This document shows, one piece after another, positions 37,403 to 41,654 of a DNA stretch of 41,654 nucleotides. The stretch is taken from the NCBI GenBank assembly GCA_036387965.1, contig DASVST010000126.1, forward strand, positions 1-41,654, read 5' to 3'. Below the pieces are notes generated by a model that worked only from the letters and a program-made list of their open reading frames with translations, ran no database searches and was not told where the DNA came from. Numbering within the stretch: the first letter of the stretch is position 1; every line of letters starts with the position of its first letter. The stretch is from Segetibacter sp. GTDB taxonomy: Bacteria > Bacteroidota > Bacteroidia > Chitinophagales > Chitinophagaceae. The translations under genes and the position numbers were made by a program.

Positions 37403-38903
37403 TGTTTTGCAAATTTTTACGTCTGAATGAGATTATTCTTTCTGCTAAGAGTAAGATAAAGGCTAATATCCATAATGCTTTGGTAAGATCCGTCCGAGCT
37501 AAAAGTTCTTGTTTTGGTAAGGTTGGTTGTCGAGATGATGTTGGAACTATTTGTTGAGGATCGACTAATCTTTTGTCAGCTGCGATAGTGATCTCCGAAT
37601 CCTTTTGGTCAGGATAAAGAAGGCTATATACAAGTCCCGGAAACTGGTTGCTCCACGGAAGATCATTCCATTGCGGGTTGAACCGGCTATAGAAATGATA
37701 CACATTATTTGTTGCTTCCTTTGTCAGTAGCGGCTGACCAAAACCGTCACTCCAAACGATTGATGCTTGTGTACTTGGCTTGTTTACAATTGAATTAAAA
37801 GAGGCAATCGCATGAGGGGAATTAGTTTCTTCAGTTGCAATGGCTGAATAAGCTTTTTGAACTTTGCCTTTCTGGTAAATGAAGGAATTGTCAGTATTAA
37901 ATGATGAAGGCATTTCAGTTTCTGATAACCAGAATATCCACTTTGATGTTGGGATGTTCTGGATATTGTTTTCAATTGTTGTCTTCATTTTGCGATGAGT
38001 GAAATCCCGGATGGCATCCATTGCTGCTTTCAGGTAGAATGCATCCGTTGAAAACTTATCCGTGTAAATTGTTATGAGGTTAGTGGATGTGTCAACCTCT
38101 ACTGAATTCCGCAAGCTGCCCGTTGCAGTTTCAATGTAAGTAACAATCGTTTTTCCGGCTTCTACATTTACATCAAATTTGATGTTAGATGTTTGCTGGG
38201 TGATGTTTTGATATGAGTAGTACGTGCCGGTTGAACTACTATTACCTAACACAATCCGGATGCTATCTGCTGATGTTTCGTAAGCACTTTCTATCCATGT
38301 TGATGCTGTATCATCTATAATATATGAAGTCCATTTTAGATTGAGATCTAAGTCTGGGCGCCCAGCGGAAAATTGCTGAAGCTGGTTATTGGTGAATAGA
38401 TAAACAGGCAGTTTAGCGGGTACTTTTTGATTAAGCTCTTTCAATAAAGTCCAATGAGATTGCTGATTTGTTTTGCCTTCTTCAACATTGTCTTTTAGTG
38501 CATCTTCAAATTTTGCTTCTTTAAATTCATCATTGAAGTAATGAAATGAATATCCTGTTTTTAGCAGCGAATCGATTTGCGGTTTGAATTTGTTGTAAGC
38601 AGTTTTTACTTGATCTTTCTCAATCAGTAACCATCCTTTTTCTTTGGTGATATCTACTTCTTTTTCCCAAAAGGGCTTTGTGAGAAGATGTGCAAGTACT
38701 ACTATTAAAAGACAGCGCAGTAGTAATAGTAGAAGCTCAGATAGTTTCAAGCTTGTAGAATGCGATCTTGCGCTTTCTGTTAAGAAGGCAATACTGCCCA
38801 CCTTTAATGTTTTGCCTTGCTTTACATTCCACAAATGAATTATTATTGGAACAGCAATTCCTGCAATTGCCCAAAGCCATATCGATTGAGTAAGTTGAAG
38901 CAA
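37383..38903 (-). CDS. BatA N-terminal domain membrane protein
   Basis: PIIIHLW...GSIAFL...LLLLLLRCL BatA signature; C-terminal LWILAFILLLAERII; no clear MIDAS motif; TTG start. Confidence 0.85.
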   Translation of the reverse strand: MLQLTQSIWLWAIAGIAVPIIIHLWNVKQGKTLKVGSIAFLTESARSHSTSLKLSELLLLLLRCLLIVVLAHLLTKPFWEKEVDITKEKGWLLIEKDQVKTAYNKFKPQIDSLLKTGYSFHYFNDEFKEAKFEDALKDNVEEGKTNQQSHWTLLKELNQKVPAKLPVYLFTNNQLQQFSAGRPDLDLNLKWTSYIIDDTASTWIESAYETSADSIRIVLGNSSSTGTYYSYQNITQQTSNIKFDVNVEAGKTIVTYIETATGSLRNSVEVDTSTNLITIYTDKFSTDAFYLKAAMDAIRDFTHRKMKTTIENNIQNIPTSKWIFWLSETEMPSSFNTDNSFIYQKGKVQKAYSAIATEETNSPHAIASFNSIVNKPSTQASIVWSDGFGQPLLTKEATNNVYHFYSRFNPQWNDLPWSNQFPGLVYSLLYPDQKDSEITIAADKRLVDPQQIVPTSSRQPTLPKQELLARTDLTKALWILAFILLLAERIISFRRKNLQNSGSIAG

Positions 38904-38904
38904 G

Positions 38905-39792
38905 TTATCCTCGTGGTTTGTTTCGTTGTTTCAAGAAATCAATTAGAGCTTTGTCGATCGGCTCATTCATTGTAATTAGTTTGTAGAAAATATTCTTGTT
39001 CAATAAGCCGGTCTTCACTTTGGTTAAGTGGGCATCAAGCAATTCTTTGTACGGCTTTTTGTTTTGAGCTGTATCTATTCTGATTGTTTGTCCCGTCTCT
39101 AAATCTTCCAACGCTGTATAGCCTTTGTAGTCAAGTTCTAATTCGTTTTGTCCCATTAAATGAAACACTATTATCTCGTGCCTGTTGCTTGCTAACGAAT
39201 GAAGCAACTTTGAAATCTCACCATCTTTCTCATAATAATCAGTTACGAAAACAACCAGTTCTTTTTTGTTGCTTCCACTGAACAGGTCTTTATAATTTAA
39301 TGGCTCTGTAAACTTTCCGCCCGGCTCAATTTTCTGCAACTGGTAAAAAATTCTTGAAAGATGTTGGTGGTCTTTTCTTGAGGGTAGAGAAAATAACCCG
39401 CCGTTTTGAAAAACATATAACCCCGTAGCATCGCCATGAAGATTTGATAAATAAGCAAGTGATGCAGCAAGGTATCTTGCGTATTCTATCTTGGAAAAGT
39501 TCGCATCAACATGATTCATGGAAGCGCTGGCGTCTATTAGAAACCTTACTGAAATACTTGTTTCAATCTCTGATTCGCGAATATAGTAGCGATCACTTCT
39601 TGCAAATAATTTCCAATCAAGTCTTCGTAAATCATCACCGGGCTGATAGCTTCTATATTGACTGAACTCCATACCGATGCCCTTAACGTTGCTGTTGTGT
39701 ATGCCGGCCATAAAGCCATCGACAGTAGTTCTGGCAGCAAGTGGCAAGTCTTTTATCGCCATTAATATTTTAGGGTCTGCCAGTCTGCTCAT
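38905..39792 (-). CDS. DUF58 vWA-type protein
   Basis: GMEFSQYRSYQPGDDLRRLDWK, IDASASM MIDAS, VFVTD. Confidence 0.93.
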   Translation of the reverse strand: MSRLADPKILMAIKDLPLAARTTVDGFMAGIHNSNVKGIGMEFSQYRSYQPGDDLRRLDWKLFARSDRYYIRESEIETSISVRFLIDASASMNHVDANFSKIEYARYLAASLAYLSNLHGDATGLYVFQNGGLFSLPSRKDHQHLSRIFYQLQKIEPGGKFTEPLNYKDLFSGSNKKELVVFVTDYYEKDGEISKLLHSLASNRHEIIVFHLMGQNELELDYKGYTALEDLETGQTIRIDTAQNKKPYKELLDAHLTKVKTGLLNKNIFYKLITMNEPIDKALIDFLKQRNKPRG

Positions 39793-39839
39793 GATGTTAG
39801 AACTATAATGTAATTTGATTGTTCAATAGCGATATAAAA

Positions 39840-39890
39840 GTTGAACGGAGCGTCGCAAGCAAAGTCAATTCATCCATTCAAATGCTCGTT
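39840..39890 (-). repeat. Dispersed intergenic repeat (copy C, degenerate)
   Basis: 16/19 match to 26940-26958 plus shared ATTCAAATGCT; lies just after the moxR stop. Confidence 0.55.
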
Positions 39891-39900
39891 TTATAATTTT

Positions 39901-40902
39901 TTATCCAAACTTTCCTTTTGGACGTTCAATTGTTTTAAGCAAGGTTGCAGTAACATCATCAGAAATTATATTCTCTGCTTCAGCCTTGAAGTTCATTAGT
40001 ATTCGATGGCGCAGAACAGGGTAAGCCATTGCGTGTAGATCGTCCATAATAACAGCATAGCGACCTTTGTAAAGTGCACGGGCTTTTGCAGTTAAAATAA
40101 GTGCTTGACCTGCACGAGGGCCGCTGCCCCAACGAACCCATTCCTTTACATAAGCAACAGGCGAACTATCCGGACGGGTAGCGCGAATGATCGATGTTAC
40201 ATACTGAACCAACTCGTCACTTATACTTACATCCCGTACAAAACTTTGCAACTGCTGAATTTCTTCGGCACCTAAAATTGGTTGGACGTTTGCCTTTTTA
40301 TTTCCTGTGGTGCTGCTTAATATATTTACCTCTTCTTCTAAGGTTGGATAGCCAATTTTTATGTACAATAAAAATCTGTCGAGTTGTGCTTCTGGTAAGG
40401 GATAGGTGCCCGCTTGTTCAATCGGGTTTTGCGTTGCAAGAATAAAGAAAGGGCGATCTAATGGATAGGTTTTGCCACCATAGGTAACTTCAAACTCTTG
40501 CATCGCTTCCAGCAAGGCAGATTGCGTTTTTGGTGGCGTACGGTTTATCTCATCAGCCAAGACAATGTTTGCGAACAATGGCCCTTCATTGAACTTGAAA
40601 AAACGTTTGCCGGTTGCGTGATCTTCTTCCAGTATTTCGGTGCCCACGATGTCTGTTGGCATTAAGTCTGGCGTAAATTGAATGCGTCGAAAGGATAGGT
40701 GAAGCGCTTGCGACATGGTTCGAACCATCAACGTTTTCGCAAGACCCGGAACACCTTCTAACAAACAATGTCCCCCCGCTAATAATGCAACAATGATTTC
40801 TTCCAAAATAACATCCTGCCCTACAATTACTTTTTGAATCTCACCTTTTAACTGTGCTAATTTGCCTAATAAACTTTTAACCGTGCTTTCTGTTACTTCC
40901 AA
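39901..40902 (-). CDS. moxR: MoxR-proper AAA+ ATPase
   Basis: LEGVPGLAKT, RIQFTPDLMPTD, LADEINRTPPKTQSALLEAMQE, ATQNPIEQAGTYPLPEAQLDRF, VLRHR; TTG start. Confidence 0.95.
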   Translation of the reverse strand: MEVTESTVKSLLGKLAQLKGEIQKVIVGQDVILEEIIVALLAGGHCLLEGVPGLAKTLMVRTMSQALHLSFRRIQFTPDLMPTDIVGTEILEEDHATGKRFFKFNEGPLFANIVLADEINRTPPKTQSALLEAMQEFEVTYGGKTYPLDRPFFILATQNPIEQAGTYPLPEAQLDRFLLYIKIGYPTLEEEVNILSSTTGNKKANVQPILGAEEIQQLQSFVRDVSISDELVQYVTSIIRATRPDSSPVAYVKEWVRWGSGPRAGQALILTAKARALYKGRYAVIMDDLHAMAYPVLRHRILMNFKAEAENIISDDVTATLLKTIERPKGKFG

Positions 40903-41000
40903 AGCGTTAGTTTTATTTTGTTTTTTGAAAAGAAGGAAATTAGGGCAAAAAAGCTACTGAAAAAAATAGAGTAGGTTATCCGGTTTATTTAAAGGTTAAA

Positions 41001-41624
41001 ATGGTTAGATCGAAGTTTACATTCGCCAGGTTGAAGTATCGTTCAGGGGACTGGAATGTAGACCAGCGGATGCCCTCCAACGTTTTAAATTCGCTTATTG
41101 AGTATACTACTATACCTGTAAACCTTCAGGAAAAAGTTGTTGAGTTGAGCAGCAATGATTTGTTTCAATATCCATTTTGTTATTTAAGCGGGCACAAGCT
41201 TGTTCAGTTTGATGGACAGGAAGCAGTCAACTTCAAAAAGTATGTACAGAATGGAGGTTTTGTTTTTGTAGATGATTGCAACCACGATATTGATGGCTTA
41301 TTCGCAAAATCATTTGAAATACAAATGAGCTCTTCGTTTGGAAACGGTGCGTTAAAGAAAATCCCTAATAATCACGAGTTGTATAGTTCATTCTTCAAGT
41401 TTGAGAAAGGCCCTCCAACAACCGGTTTTGAGTTGAATGGCTGGGGTGATGATCTTGTACATGATTATTTAAAAGCAATCATTATCGATGGAAGAATTGG
41501 CGTTCTTTATAGCAATAAAGATTATGGCTGCGAATGGGATTATGATTTTAGGAACAAACGTTTTTTGGCTGAGGACAATACGAAGTTTGGAGTTAATATA
41601 ATTATGTATGCAATGGGGTCGTAG
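41001..41624 (+). CDS. DUF4159 domain protein
   Basis: FTFARLKY..GDW, YPFCYLSGH, NGGFVFVDD, DYGCEW, FGVNIIMYA; divergent from moxR; no signal peptide. Confidence 0.85.
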   Translation: MVRSKFTFARLKYRSGDWNVDQRMPSNVLNSLIEYTTIPVNLQEKVVELSSNDLFQYPFCYLSGHKLVQFDGQEAVNFKKYVQNGGFVFVDDCNHDIDGLFAKSFEIQMSSSFGNGALKKIPNNHELYSSFFKFEKGPPTTGFELNGWGDDLVHDYLKAIIIDGRIGVLYSNKDYGCEWDYDFRNKRFLAEDNTKFGVNIIMYAMGS

Positions 41625-41654
41625 AACATGCCACTTCCACAATAACACCTGGAT

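Noticed and set aside
9-40768. Numerous 60-177 aa ORFs antisense to or overlapping the long genes (e.g. 9-386, 18966-19499, 32989-33444, 15963-16187)
   Set aside because: Shadow ORFs of well-supported genes, with no motifs or initiation signals of their own

Overview
Bacteroidota-type DNA (SusC/SusD pair, lipoproteins with Lys/acidic export signals, A-rich translation starts; Chitinophagaceae-like by inference) with four blocks. (1) 1-8.2 kb: an accessory run of secreted or lipoprotein unknowns, including an ankyrin plus FGE-sulfatase-fold protein, a frameshifted solo LuxR HTH gene, a Tpt1/ART-like ORF and a duplicated palindromic operator/promoter. (2) 8.3-17.6 kb: a purine catabolic cluster (xdhA, puuD, allB, alc, uraD, uraH) with a membrane protein/NTPase pair and a CitE/malate-synthase-like TIM-barrel enzyme; no xdhB, allA, permease or regulator is visible. 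(3) 19.0-24.6 kb: susC-susD-lipoprotein with no CAZyme. (4) 24.9-41.6 kb: a MoxR-DUF58-BatA-DUF4175-like-membrane operon leading into three TldD and two TldE paralogs, with a divergent DUF4159 gene. All three TldDs carry Tat-type signal peptides, non-AUG starts and Asp in place of the usual Cys metal ligand. The TldEs have no signal peptide, and CGTC-type REP clusters mark the junctions between cassettes. This putative periplasmic TldDE protease with MoxR chaperone is the best candidate for an undescribed system. No rRNA, tRNA, CRISPR array or transposase was seen. All family calls come from motif recognition by eye, not from database searches.
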